Assembly: GCF_963921235.1 (NCBI RefSeq)
Contig: NW_026948187.1
Location: 6,634,001-6,698,000 of the forward strand
Origin: Mobula hypostoma
Taxonomy: Eukaryota
Direction: 5' to 3'
DNA length: 64,000 bases
Below the pieces are notes generated by a model, which did not search any database, was not told where the DNA came from, and saw only the letters and a list, made by a program, of their open reading frames with translations. Below, one piece after another: positions 22,526 through 35,569 of the stretch; the stretch's first letter is position 1; every line of letters starts with the position of its first letter. Made by a program: the position numbers and the translations under genes.

Positions 22526-23555
22526 TTTGAGCTTTGACTGCATGGCCCACACACACTCCCGTTTCGGGTCAAGTGGATCAATTCGTTGGTATTCATTTCC
22601 ATTTCTCTGGCTGCTGTCTCCATCATCATTTGTCTTTGCCTTTCTGTTGCTTTCTTCCCTTCAATCTTTCCCATAATTACCGTGCATTCTAACTCCTCTT
22701 TCCTAATCACATGTCCAATGAAGTTACGTTGCCTTTTCATGATCTCATACATTATTTGTTTTTGTGCTTGCTCTGTTCATTACATCCTCGTTAGATATTC
22801 GTTTCGTCCATGATATTCTTTGCCTCCTTCTCAAAAGCCACGTCTCTGCTGCGACAAATCGTTTCCTCATGTTACTAGATATTGTCCAACATTCTGATGT
22901 TATAACATAACTGGATAAACATAACATTTCAGTACTCTGAGGCGGGTTGTCATGCCTAGTTTAGTATTGGTCAGTATACTCTTCATTCTCGTAAAGGTGT
23001 CTTTTGCCATCCCTATTCTTCTTTTAATGTCCAAGTCCCACCTGCCATCTGATGTCACCCAGCTTCCTAAGTAGCAAAAGTTCTTTACTTATTTAATGTC
23101 TTTCCCATTTATTCTCAGCCTGCAGATAGGATTCTCCTTCTTTTTGGATATCACCATGCATTCTGCCTTTATGCAGTTGATAGATAGACCCATTTTTGCA
23201 CTTTCTACAACAATTATATCAATTAAGTTTTGTAGTTCTTCCTCCGTACTTGCAATTAACAAAGCGTCACCTGCATATCTGAAATTATTGATGGTTTCAT
23301 AGCCAACTTTGATTCCCAAGATGGCTCGTATTTTTTTTTTTGTAATATTGTCTCACTGTACAAATTAAATAAATCAGGGGAGAGAACACACCCTTGTCTA
23401 ACGCCTCTCTTGATTTTCGTAAACTGACTCACTTCTCCATCTATTCTTACAGCGGCAGTTTGTTCCCAGTACAGATTTCTGATTAGGCGGAGGTCTTCGA
23501 CTCTAGATCTAGAGTTTTCTGTAATATTTCAAAGAACTTATTGTGCTTCACTGTA
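22526..23555 (-). mobile_element. RTE-clade LINE reverse-transcriptase fragment
   Basis: GVRQGCVLSP, INNFRYAGDALLIASTEEELQ (degenerate YADD) and LLRRRQRISWTKRISNEDV. Confidence 0.75.
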
Positions 23556-23824
23556 TCAAATCCCCTAACTATTAACGCTGACCCACAGGACCAGACTCAG
23601 AGCCAGCGGAGCGGCTAATGTTGCTTCCCACAGCTGTGTCATCCCGCCTCTAACAGCATTCAAAATGGAGCACTGCTTCTCAAGGATCAACAAAGAAGTA
23701 ACCTGCCAAAAACAGACAAAACATAAACCCAAAAAATTCAAACAAGATGATAAGTCAACGACGTCCGAATGCCCGGATAATGAGCCCCTAACCACATGCC
23801 AATTATACAAAGACATGGGAAGTC

Positions 23825-24535
23825 ATTTCACCAGTCATTGAAAGTGGGCATGCAGGTACAGCAGGCGGTGAAAAAGGCGAATGGTATGCTGGCATTTATA
23901 GCGAGAGGATTCGAGTACAGGAGCAGGGAGGTACTACTGCAGTTGTACAAGGCCTTGGTGAGACCACACCTGGAGTATTGTGTGCAGTTTTGGTCCCCTA
24001 ATCTGAGGAAAGACATCCTTGCCATAGAGGGAGTACAAAGAAGGTTCACCAGATTGATTCCTGGGATGGCAGGCCTTTCATATGAAGAAAGACTGGATGA
24101 ACTGGGCTTGTACTCGTTGGAATTTAGAAGATTGAGGGGGGATCTGATTGAAACGTATAAAATCCTAAGGGATTGGACAGGCTAGATGCAGGAAGATTGT
24201 TCCCGATGTTGGGGAAGTCCAGAACGAGGGGTCACAGTTTGAGGATAGAGGGGAAGCCTTTTAGGATCGAGATTAGGAAAAACTTCTTCACATAGAGAGT
24301 GGTGAATCTGTGGAATTCTCTGCCACAGGAAACTGTTGAGGCCATTTCATTGGCTATGTTTAAGAGGGAGTTAGATATGGCCCTTGTGGCTACAGGGGTC
24401 GGGGGTATGGAGGGAAGGCTGGGGCGGGGTTCTGAGTTGGATGATCAGCCATGATCATAATAAATGGCGGTGCAGTCTCGAAGGGCCGAATGGCCTACTC
24501 CTGCACCTATTTTCTATGTTTCTATGTTTCTATGA
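23825..24535 (+). mobile_element. CR1 ORF2 3' fragment with (CTATGTTT)n tail
   Basis: Nearly identical to 7875-8445. Confidence 0.9.
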
Positions 24536-24859
24536 ATATCATCCGAAACAAAAAACGAAGCTGTTAAGTTAAGGAACTGCATGGTCATGGTGAGCGTTCC
24601 GGGAAACAAAGTCAGAGACCGTTACAATGATGGTCACGACCCAAAGCAAAGCAGTTATTAGCTCTCTGTTCTAGAAATGAAAACAATGACACTGTAAAAA
24701 AGCGAATTCTCTCTCTCTCTGTCGTTGCGCCTCTCCATGTCTGTCTCCTTCTCTAACTCCCTTCCCGTCTCTCCTTCTCTCTATCCCTCTATCTCCCTCT
24801 CACACTCTCTGTCTGTCTCTCTCCTCCTCCTCCTCCTCTCTCTCTTCCTCTGTGTATTC

Positions 24860-25225
24860 CAGATGCTGAGCCAGGGCGAAAAGCATTATCGAGGATGCAT
24901 CTCACCCTAGCCATGGACTTTTTAACTCTCCTCCCATCCGGTAGGCGCTACAGGAGCCTCCGCTCCCGCACCAGCAGGCACAGGAAGAGCTTCTGCCCTG
25001 AGGCTGTGACCCTGCTGAACCTCACATCACAGCGCTAAGCAGTTTTGCATCCGTACTGTACCGTCTCACTACTTTTATATTTGTGTCCTGTAGCACATTT
25101 TAAATTAGTAGTTGTTTTCTAAATAACACCATTCTTTGCATTTCTGGTTAGTAGCAAACTGCATTTCATTGGCTCTGTATCTGTACTCGGCGCAATGACA
25201 ACAAAGTTGAATCTAATCTAATTCC
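24860..25225 (+). mobile_element. Rex1/Babar-type 3' fragment
   Basis: LPSGRRYRSLRSRTSRHRKSFCPEAVTLLN followed by an AT-rich UTR. Confidence 0.65.
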
Positions 25226-25790
25226 CAGTTCCCTATTCCTTCCTTCCTGAACTATCTAATTTTTTCCCTTTATGAAATTGTACTCCCGTATTATGCTTTG
25301 GTATCCTATATGATTAGGGGTTTAGTCAACCAAATACTATTTGGTTTTATAAGTACTCATGTTAAGTATAATATTGTATTCCCAATAACTTTGTATTATT
25401 GCTATGTTATGTTTATATTCTATGAAACTAATAAAAAGATTGAAAAAGAAAGAAATTGTACGACTTTGCCCCCGTATTGCTGAACCCGGGTTTCCCGATG
25501 TCATTCTTGTACGTCTATTGCCCCCTGCCGGAATGCAGGAGACGTGCAGCAATTCCTCCCCATCCCGTCTATTGACGCTCCACCAGTTACGTCCGCCCAA
25601 GGAGGGGCGGAGCAGAGGTTCAGTGACGCAACGATCCCGTCGGCACTTGGGTGGGTCGCTCGACCCGTGCTTGCTCCTCGTAATGGGTGGGGGGTGAGGA
25701 GGGTGCTCACAGCGCGTCTCCGAAGATGGATCAGTGGATAGGGAGCGACCGCTCGCCGGGGACGCAGTCATACCAGGGCGGACAACGACC

Positions 25791-25833
25791 CGAGAGTCAG
25801 AGAGACGGCGGCGAGGAATAAAAGCCAGGCCAT
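25791..25833 (-). pseudogene. TRBV: Orphan TRBV leader exon (V1 family) with a broken donor and no V exon
   Basis: MAWLLFLAAVSLTL G versus V1 MAWLLFVAALSLSL G; the donor reads G|GGT instead of G|GT; the upstream CGCGTCAC motif is shared with the V1 promoter. Confidence 0.8.
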
Positions 25834-26116
25834 CTTCGGAGACGCCCTGTGTCCGTCTGTCGTGCGTGGCCAGCGCTCTCCGGGAGGAACGGCGACGGGT
25901 CGAAGGATGCAGGCAAGTGCCGACGGGATGGACGCGTCACCGAACTTTTGCTCCGTCCCTTCCTGGAAACGAAGGTGATCTTAATGGGAGGGGGAAGCCT
26001 TTTTGACGGGTGGGGGTCGGCGTTGGCCCGGCAGAGGCCTGGAATTTTCCCCCCAGAGGGAACCCGTGCAAGTGCGGGGAGCCGGCGCTCCAGGGAGAGG
26101 AGCTCGGGAATAACTG

Positions 26117-26605
26117 CACATAAGATCGTGCGCACGGCGCAGGACATCACACAAACCAATCTTCCATCCTTGGACTCAGTTTACACCGCACGCTGTCGGA
26201 GCAGTGCTGCCAGGATAATCAAGGACACGACCCACCCGGCCAACACACTTTTCGTCCCTCTTCCCTCCGGGAGAAGGCTCAGGAGCTTGAAGACTCGTAA
26301 GGCCAGATTTGGGAACAGCTTCTTTCCAACTGTGATAAGACTGCTGAACGGATCCTGACCCGGATCTGGGCCGTCCCCTCCAAATATCCGGACCTGCCTC
26401 TCGGTTTTTTTGCACTACCTTACTTCCCATTTTTCTATTTTCTATTTATGATTTATAATTTAACTTTTTAATATTTACTAATTTTTACTATTTTTAATAT
26501 TCAATATTTGTAGTTCAGGGAGCGGGAAGCGCAGAATCAGATATCGCTGTGATGATTGTACGTTCTGGTACCAATTGTTTGGCGACAATAAAGTATTAAG
26601 TATTA
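26117..26605 (+). mobile_element. Young 5'-truncated Rex1/Babar-type insertion in the right arm of the palindrome
   Basis: TAQDITQTNLPSLDSVYTARCRSSAARIIKD..FGNSFFPTVIRLLNGS with an (AAGTATT)n tail; very similar to the copies in the 5-kb array. Confidence 0.8.
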
Positions 26606-27178
26606 TCTCCAGCTGTCCGGCAGGGGGCAATGGAAGTGCAGGAATGACATCGGAAAACCCGGGTTCAGAATAAACGAAATTTGACATGTTGCCACAACAA
26701 TTCAGGGCAAAGAGGTGCAATTTCTCTGATTTTGTTTTCATGAAGGCTTTCTTTAATTTAATAGCTTTATTTTTTTTCCGGATGTTAGAACATAGAACAT
26801 AGAACACAGAATAGTACAGCACAGTACAGGCCCTTCGGCCCACAATGTTGTACCGACCCTCAAATCCTGCCTCCCATATAAGCCCCCACCTTAGATTCCT
26901 CCATATACTTCAATGTCTTTGTATAATTTGCATTTCGTCGGACATTGGGCCCTCGTTAACCTGTATTCTTCTTTGAGTTTGACGGTTCAATGTTTAGTCT
27001 CTTTTTTTGGGGGTGGCGGGGGGAGGGTTTGTCAGTAGATCATGAATGCTTACGTGCCCTGAGATGTATTTAAAGGGGCAATGCTGACCCGCAGTGCTCG
27101 GACGTTGTTGATTCCAGTAGTCTGGTGATTTCTGCCCTCTCTGTTACTGCATTATTGAAGACTTCAATTAGAGGTGGG

Positions 27179-27179
<1 letters not shown>

Positions 27180-27247
<68 letters not shown>

Positions 27248-27665
27248 GGAGTGTGTGAGAGAGAGGTAGAGAGAGCGAAATAGAGTTAGAGAAACAGACG
27301 GAGAGCAGAGAGAGAGAGAGAGAGATACAGGTTGAGAGAGAGTGAAGGAGAAAGAGCGAGGAAGAGAGGCGCAGAGAGAGATTGTGAGAGAGAAAGAGGA
27401 AGAGCGAGGAGATAGAGACAAGAGAGAGAGAGGGAGAGAGAGTGCGTTTGAGAGAGAGGTAGAGAGAGATATATAGAGAGTGAGATAAAGAGATGGAGAG
27501 TAGAAGAGAGAGGAAGAGAGAGATTGAGAGAGAGAAAGAGCGAACAAGAGAGCAAAAGAGGGACAGGCAGAGAGAGGGAGAGTAAGAGCGAGAGAGAGAA
27601 AGAGCAAGAAAGAGAAAAAGCGAGAAAGAAAGAGAGGGATCGAGAGAGATTGAGAGAGAAAGAGT
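27180..27665. repeat. (GA)n-rich microsatellite
   Basis: Composition. Confidence 0.95.
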
Positions 27666-29374
27666 TCGCCAACCTCTCCTTCTGGCACGCATGTCCCCCA
27701 ATACAGGCGGCATCCCAGTTAAAACGTTCTCTACCCTCTCCATATCCTCCCATAACGCGGTCAGCAGATCTGCATATGCGGTTGCCCACGTACGTTATGA
27801 CCACAGTCTCATCGTTACCACCAGCATCGCCACGGCCAACAGGAACCTCGTCCCCCGCACTGATTTTGTTTTTAACCGATGTCCCACAGCTGGCGTCCTG
27901 ACCGGCTGCATTTCGGTTCGCTGCGGCATCTCCTCTTCCCGTGGCCGCATGACACCGCGGAACGATGCGGGACGCTGCTCGGTTCCTTCACAACCGCCAT
28001 CATTCCCCCCCCCACCACCACAGATCTGTGCGCTTTCCACCTCCCCCCCCCACCGCCAGCTCAGCCAGAATTATCAAAGTTGCTCCCCGCCCCGAAATGC
28101 GAAAGCTTGTCTTCATCCTCTCTCTCCAGGACAACCAGGATCAGATTAATTATCAACCGACCTATGCCGCGATATTGGTTACTGTTAGTCAGCCTGACAT
28201 TGCAAAGACGGAAATGTGATTAGATTAGATTCTGAGGACACGCAGTCCTCTTTTATTGTCATTTAGTAATGGATGCATTAAGAGATAATACAATGTTTTC
28301 CCAGAATGATATCACATGACAAACCAAGACTGAAAAACGGACAAAAACCACATAATTATAACATATAGTCACAACAGTGCAAAGCAGTACCGTAATTTGA
28401 TAGGAACAGACCATGAGCACGGCAAAATCTCAAAGTCTTTCGAAAGTCCTCTCATCTAAGACAGACGGTGAACCTCCAGCGCCGGGAACTTGCCGATGTC
28501 AGCATCCCGGAAGCACCCGACCACAGCCCGACCCCCAGTCCGAGGGAGGGAGTGTCCACGGGCTCACGAGTCGATCGGGAATCGGTCGGCGTAGGGGGAG
28601 GAGGAGGGGGAGGAAGAGGCTGTTCGTGAATCGTTGAAGCGGCAGCGGCCTGCTCCTGTACCTCCTCTCTGATGGGACCGACGCGGGAAGGTCAGCTTCC
28701 GGGACGGCGGGGAGCGCCGTGAGACGCCGGGATTGCTCCCTGCATCCGAGGACACCGGCCATACAGAGAAGTAGGAGCAAGTTTGTGTTGCCGTGGAGAG
28801 TTCGGGGGCTGGGGGGGGGGGGTGGTGAAAGAGGCTTCTGAGATTATATCCACAAGTTAGAATTGTCAGACACGAGAGGGCATCCTTCTTCGCCCGGTGC
28901 TGGGCGTGCGGCGGGGCTAGCGTTGACCGGAGATCTGAGGGGCAGCTTCTTCGACGCAGTGGATCACGCATCCGGCGGTGGCCGTGAGACTAGCGGTGCG
29001 CTGGAGATGCATGGGGTGGTTGAGGGCATGGCGACTGTCAGGCCGGTTCGGCTGGCTGCTCCGCGGCGCTTACCCCTGCCCTCCGCGGCTCCGAGCCCGA
29101 GTCTGCTGCCCTGCTCTGCCCCCACACCACCCCCGTGTCCGCGGGACTCGTGGCGGTGACTTGGCCCGCTGTGTGATGCGCCGACGCTGAGGGCGCGCCC
29201 CCGCTCCGGGCTTCGTGTCCGTGGACCCACTTTTGCTCTGAATTCCGTTGCTTTTATTGTCTGCGCCTTTGTGTTTGCGCATCGAGTGTTTACAGGCATT
29301 TTTAAAAATGTGTTTTTATCTTCCGGGTTTCTCGCTCAGCTGCTGCCAGCAAGCAGACAGACCTCAAGGTAGGG

Positions 29375-30750
29375 GTAGAAGGGTGAGTTGGCAAGTTTGC
29401 AGACGACAGAAAGGTTGGTGGTGGTGCAGATAGTGTAGAGGATTGTCGAAGATTGCAGAGAGACATTGATGGGATGCAGAAGTGGGCTGAGAAGTGGCAG
29501 ATGGAGTTCAACCCGGAGAAGTGTGAGGTGATACACTTTGGAAGGACAAACTCCAAGGCAGAGTACAAAGTAAATGGCAGGATACTTGGTAGTGTGGAGG
29601 AGCAGAAGGATCTGGGGGTACATGTCCACAGATCCCTGAAAGTTGCCTCACAGGTGGATAGGGTAGTTAAGAAAGCTTATGGGTTGTTAGCTCTCATAAG
29701 TCGAGGGATAGAGTTTAAGAGTCGCGAGGTAATGATGCAGCTCTATAAAACTCTGGTTAGGCCACACTTGGAGTACTGTGTCCAGTTCTGGTCACCTCAC
29801 TATAGGAAGGATGTGGAAGCATTGGAAAGGGTACAGGGGAGATTTATCAGGATGCTGCCTGGTTTAGAGAGTATGCATTATGATCAGAGATTAAGGGAGC
29901 TAGGGCTTTACTCTTCGGAGAGAAGGAGGATGAGAGGAGACATGATAGAGGTGTACAAGATAATAAGAGGAATAGATAGAGTGGAGAGCCAGTGCCTCTT
30001 CCCCAGGGCACCACTGCTCAATACAAGAGGATATGGCTTTAAGGTAAGGGGTGGGAAGTTCAAGGGGGATATTAGAGGAAGGTTTTTTACTCAGAGAGTG
30101 GTTGGTGCGTGGAATGCACTGCCTGAGTCAGTGGTGGAGGCAGATACACTAGTGAAGTTTAAGAGACTACTAGACAGGTATATGGAGGAATTTAAGATGG
30201 GGGGTTATATGGGAGGCAGGGTTTGAGGGTCGGCACAACATTGTGGGCCGAAGGGCCTGTACTGTGCTGTACTATTCTATGTTCTAAAAGGACAACTCTC
30301 TGGACCCTTGGGTGCACAATCCTCTGAAACAAGCAAAACAAAGAGAGCTGGGGCTTTACTCTTTGGAGAGAAGGAGGATGAGAGGAGACATGATAGAGGT
30401 GCACAAGATAATAAGAGGAATAGATAGAGTGGACAGCCAGCGCCTCTTCCCCAGGGCACCACTGCTCAATACAAGAGGACATGGCTTTAAGGTGAGGGGT
30501 GGGAAGTTCAAGGGGAAGGTTTTTTACTCAGAGAGTAGTTGGTGCGTGGAATGCACTGCCTGAGTCAGTGGTGGAGGCAGATACACTAGTGAAGTTTAAG
30601 AGGCTACCAGACAGGTATATGGAGGGATTTAAGTGGGGGTGGGGGTTGATATGGGAGGCAGGGTTTGAGGGTCGGCACAACACTCCCTCCCGCCTCCCAG
30701 TCGCAGACCCGCGACCTCCCCCCACTGTGCTGAACTATTGTATGTTCTAT
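29375..30750 (+). mobile_element. CR1 ORF2 3' fragment plus a tandem partial second copy
   Basis: ORF 29453-30226 with KWQMEFNPEKCEVIHFG and FFTQRVVGAWNALP; the 3' end recurs at 30350-30680. Confidence 0.9.
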
Positions 30751-31849
30751 GTTGCATCATTTGTACTTGCGCTGATAATAAGTTAGCGTTGGACTCTGAA
30801 CTTTGAATACGAAGGGATTGAAGGGACTTAATGAATCTCAGGATAAAGGCAATAAGATGGCATCGAGATTGACAAAGCATCCTGGGCCCTGTCCAGTGTT
30901 GCACTGCTGGGTGGTCTATGCGCTATGTTCTTAGTGATAGGCGGCCTCGATGACAGAGAGGGTTGTGTCCTTGGTGGAACTAGCCGAGTCCCAGCCTATC
31001 GAAGCCTCTTGCAACCCAGTGCGCTGGAACCTCCATACCGGACGGTGGTGCAGCGAGTCAGAATGGTCTCCGCCCCGCTTCGGTTTACCTGGAGTCTTCA
31101 ATGAGAGAACAAAGCTCCTCAAAACCCAAATGCCCCGTTCATGCATGGATGTGTTGGGCTCAGGAAAGATCTTCTGAGATGTTGATACCTCACTCCCTCC
31201 CCCTCTCTCACCCCCTCACCCTCTCTCGCACCCCCTCTCACTCCTCAAACTCTCTTCCCTCTCTCTTCTTCTTCCTCTCTTCCTCTTTCCCTCTCTCTTC
31301 TTCTTTCTCCTCCTGCCTTTCTCCCTCTCTCCCCCCTCTTCCTCGCCCTCCCCCTCTCCCCCTCCCCCTCCCCTCTCTCTCTCCTCTCTCTCCCCAGTCA
31401 CTCTCTGGTTCTCTCCCCGTCTCTGGCACGCCTCTCTCCCCTCCCCCTTTCTCTCTCCCTCTCTCTCCCCGTCTCTCCCGTCTCTCCCCACTCTTCCCCT
31501 CTCTCCAACCTCTCTCTCTCTCTCTCTCCTCTATCCACCCCGTCTCCCCCTCCCCGTCCCTCTCTCCCTCCCACCCTCTCTCTCGCTCCTTCTCTCTCCT
31601 CCTGCCTCTTCCCCGCCCTTTCCACTGCCGACCTCTCGGTGAGGTCAAGTGTGTGCCCACCCGCCCTCCCCTTCGGTTCCTCGGTCTTGCTGACGTGGAG
31701 TGCAAGGCTCCCATTGTGACATCACCCCATTGGCTGACCTATCGCAGTCCAGTATGCCCCCTGGTCACCATCTGCGTGTTGCCAGTCTCTTGCGACACTG
31801 TGCGACACCTGCCGTCTATAATGAGCTCTGCACCTCAATCTCAGACAAT

Positions 31850-32350
31850 ATAAGACCATAAGGCCATAAGATACAGAGGCACATGTAGGCCGTGCGGCCC
31901 ATCGAGGCTGCTCCGTCATTCAATCAGGGGCTGATCCAATTCTTCCAGTCATCCCCACTCCCCTGCTTTCACCTCATACCCTCTGATGCCCTGGCTAATC
32001 AAGAAACTACCGATCTCTGCCTTAAATGCATGCAATGACTTGGCCTCCACAGCGAGTGGCGACGAATTCCACAGATTTACCACTCTCTGACTGTAGTAAT
32101 TTCTCCGCATATCAGTTCTAAATGGACGTCCTTCAATCCTGAAGTCGTGCCCACTTGTCCTACAGTCCCCTACCATGGGAAATAAATTTGTCATATCTAA
32201 TCGGTTCAGGCATTTTAGCATTTAGAATTTTGCTATGAGATCCCCCCTCATTCCTCTGAACTCCAGGGAATACAGCCCAAAGAGCTGCCAGACGTTCCTC
32301 ATACGTTAGCCCTTTCGTTCCTCTAATCATTATCGTGAATCTTCTCTGAA
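31850..32350 (-). mobile_element. CR1 3' fragment
   Basis: LFPMVGDCRTSGHDFRIEGRPFRTDMRRNYYSQRVVNLWN with an AGACCATA-type tail. Confidence 0.8.
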
Positions 32351-32869
32351 TATATTGGGATTCAATTTCCCAGCAGACCGTGTGGGATTCCTCAAATTCG
32401 ATGGGATTGCAGGGGTTCAGGTGGGAAAGCGGCCAGGGGGCTTCAGGCGGTAATTGGACTGAATATCCCCTGACGGAGATAGATTGATTGACGACTATCG
32501 ATGTTCGGCCAATTCTGTGAATACGAATCCACTCACTTTATTAGGGATTAGAGGGATTGTGGGAAATAGGGCAGATGTTGTCATACAGAGTTGGAATCAC
32601 TGGGTCGTTTTCTGACTACCGCTTATTTGACCTTGAGGAACAGGCCGGGTGTAAGTGTACCCCTCGGGTACTGCCAGCAAGCTTTTGTCAAGGGCAAGCC
32701 AGTTGAACGGAGAAATCTCGTCTGTGTGGATGCTGCGTGATGTGTTGTCCCGTTGCAAATCCGAACCACAAAATATCACACAGTACACCACACCTAATTT
32801 AACGGTTGAACTTTATAAATCTTAAACTGACTATATGGTTGTTTAGAAAGGAAAGGTATGACACGTCCG

Positions 32870-33093
32870 GAGTTTCTCCTGTGAGTGGATGATTCCCTCC
32901 ACGCCTCTCTGACGTAGTCTTGAACCTCATTACGGCAGTGGTTTGCCATTGCCTTCCGGCGGGTGAGTTTCCAAAGAGATCACCAGATCGAATCCCAGCA
33001 CGGATGGAAAGCGTGCAGGGGGAGCCGGCTGGATTCGAACTCGGGACCTTTCGTCCCGAAGTCCGGCACTGATGCCACTAAGCCACCAGCCGG
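32870..33093 (-). mobile_element. tRNA-derived SINE
   Basis: Minus strand has A-box-like TGGTGGCTTAGTGG and B-box-like GAGTTCGAATCC; homologous to 36340-36460. Confidence 0.65.
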
Positions 33094-33384
33094 GTCCATA
33101 CGGCTAGTAAAGATAATAAAAAGAAAAAGGGGCCATTTTAATGAAACAGACTAAGGTGCACCTCGGAGCTCACCGATAAGGCCATTTGTTTCCCATCGAC
33201 GTCCTCTCAGTGTCGCTGACCGTCGGACCCTCTCTCCGACTCCGTCCGCCAACTCGTTCCATTCTCGTCTTCTCTCTTCATCTCGAAAAGACCGCGAAAT
33301 CCCTGCTCCCAGACCCACACGATAGAGCAACAGGCCTCTCAGTGGCTGGCATACATTACAAAGCACCAATATCTCTGGTCAAAA

Positions 33385-33885
33385 CCCAGACATTGTGGTG
33401 GCCAGTGCGGTCATGTTTGCTGTTGTGTGCTGGGGCAGCAGGCTGAGGGTGGCAGACACCAACAGAACCAACCAACTCATTCGTAAGGCCAGTGATGTTG
33501 TGGGGATGGAACTGGACTCTCTGACGGTGGTGTCTGAAAAGAGGATGCTGTCTAAGTTGCATGCCATCTTGGACAATGTCTCCCATCCACTACATAATGT
33601 ACTGGTTGGGCACAGGAGTACATCCAGCCAGAGACTCATTCCACCGAGATGCAGCACAGAGCGTCATAGGAAGTCATTCCTGCCTGTGGCCATCAAACTT
33701 TACAACTCCTCCCTTGGAGGGTCAGACACCCTGAGCCAATAGGCTGGTCCTGGACTTATTTCCTGGCATAATTTACATATTACTATTTAATTATTTATGG
33801 TTTTGATACTATTTAATTATTTATGGTGCAACTGTAACGAAAGCCAATTTCCCCCGGTATCAATAATGTAAGACTATGTCTATGA
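33385..33885 (+). mobile_element. Rex1/Babar-type 3' fragment
   Basis: VASAVMFAVVCWG..HPLHNVL..CSTERHRKSFLPVAIKLYN. Confidence 0.75.
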
Positions 33886-34762
33886 CATTGCGGCCACAGA
33901 GAAACCGTTACCTTAGCAGTGAAACATGACAGAGAGGCCATTACATCAGCAGTGAAACCTTGCAGCGCGTTACATCAGGTACTGAAGATGACCACTAACA
34001 CAAACGTAATGGCCAGGGCACGTGGTAATCTCGATATATCAACTCTGGTGCAGGTTGTGGACACGTAATTGATCAGCTTAAAAACATATCAAAGAGAGCG
34101 TACTTGGGAAAAGAGGGCTTTTATCTGCACGAGGAGAATGATGGAGTACAGCGACATTGAGCTGCCCTTGTGCGAAGAAATGAAACCATAAATTATGAAC
34201 AGACCCATCATTGTGTTCCTGTACTGTACCGTTCTATGTTCTGCGTGCGATGTTCCCCCTCAATGTGCCGAGGAATGCGAAGAGGGGTCGGAAATACATG
34301 GAGTTTACAAGACATTGAAGTGCTCTTGTGCGTATAAATTAAACCATAGAGGAGGGACAGACGCATCGTTGTGGGCCGAAGGGCCTGTTCCTGCACTGTA
34401 CGGTTCTGTGTTCTGCGCACCTTGCTCTCCCTCAAGGCGCTGAGGAATGATTTGAGGCGCACGAACAGTATGCAAGAGCACTGTGTCTCGGTAGGCGGAA
34501 AGATAAGAAACCGGTTTTAGTTGTAACGAGATACATTAACCACTGTGGGAAAGAAACAGGCCCTTCCGGCAGTCCTATTCCAATTCCGAATCCAGTTCCG
34601 TTTCTCGACGAATGTATCCTCCCGCTGTGCGTCGAGACGGAAACGGTTCGGACCAATGCTTGTGGACGTATCGAGCGCTCGGTGTGACGTGACGCTCACT
34701 GGTCGGATTTGATCTGCCCCTGAGGCTCCGGCTGTAGAAAGCTCTGCGGGGAGAGCTGTAGG

Positions 34763-34801
34763 AGTTTTTGTGTTGGCGCCGAGTCCCACTACAACGCTGT
34801 G
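34763..34801 (-). other. 23-RSS of V2
   Basis: CACAGCG, 23-nt spacer, ACAAAAACT. Confidence 0.92.
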
Positions 34802-35569
34802 CGCCATCAGTAGTAGCGCAGAAATAGGTCGCCGCGTCCGCTGCCTTCACGCTCTCGACCTGGAGGGTGGACTCCGTATTCTCCTCTGCCCTGGTGATGA
34901 CGAACCCGCTCTTGAAGTCCTCCTCAAACCGGGCCTCGCTGTTGAGGAAGACGGACCCGATCAAGGCCAGCCCGCCGTTGGACGGCTGGCGGTACCAGAG
35001 CATGTTGTCACGGAGCTGCCCCTTCTGAAGGCACTTCATCTCGGCCTGCGCGCCCTGGCGGACGCTAAGAGATCCGGGCCACTGGTGGACCTCATCGGCC
35101 CGGCAGACATCTGCAAAGAGAGAAGGGATAGCGGGGTTGAGGGAAAAAAAGAGACGGGAGAGGATGGTTTGCGCTCGATATACCTCAGACGCGCGGAGGC
35201 TTGGATTTGGCGACTGGGTCCGCTGGTGGCGGCGGCACAGTAGCGTCGCCTAGCGGACAGCTGACGCTATTACAGAGCCAGCGACAGGAGTTCGTCCGTT
35301 CTCCCCACGTCCCTATAGTGGAATAATTGGACTCCACGTTGTAAGGGGGCACCGCAGGCTGGTTGGGCCGGAGGGCCCTGTTCCCGCGCTGTACCTGAAA
35401 ATAGGATAGAATATTAACGAATGGCGCGGCCTCGCAGACATTTAACAGGCCGAAACGCAGAACCGGTTAAACAGCCGCCGGGCTCAGGCCCTCTGGAGAG
35501 CGAGTTGGCGCGTTCTCACGTACAGAGAGCCAGAGAGAGGACAGCCGCCGAGAGGGAGCGCCGGAGCAT
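34802..35569 (-). CDS. TRBV: TRB variable gene V2 (leader exon 35569-35524, V exon 35110-34802)
   Basis: MLRRSLSAAVLSLAL T|GTACGT...TTTGCAG| then VCRADEVHQWPGSLSVRQGAQAEMKCLQKGQLRDNMLWYRQPSNGGLALIGSVFLNSEARFEEDFKSGFVITRAEENTESTLQVESVKAADAATYFCATTDG. Confidence 0.93.

Larger units (their letters stand above)
25441..26735. repeat. Old imperfect inverted duplication of a V1-family promoter region
   Basis: Arms pair as ~25441-25545 with ~26610-26735, ~25600-25670 with ~25893-25965, and GCGTCTCCGAAGATGG 25714-25729 with its exact reverse complement 25830-25845. Confidence 0.85.

Noticed and set aside
27795-27865. Minus-strand peptide SVRGTRFLLAVAMLVVTMRLWS* resembles the TCR-alpha transmembrane/cytoplasmic end (..MTLRLWSS*).
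   Set aside because: It lacks the conserved TM Lys and Asn, has no polypyrimidine acceptor and no C-domain exons nearby; a short match is likely chance.
31796-31802. Perfect heptamer CACAGTG on the minus strand.
   Set aside because: No nonamer at 12 or 23 nt and no V, D or J coding sequence beside it.
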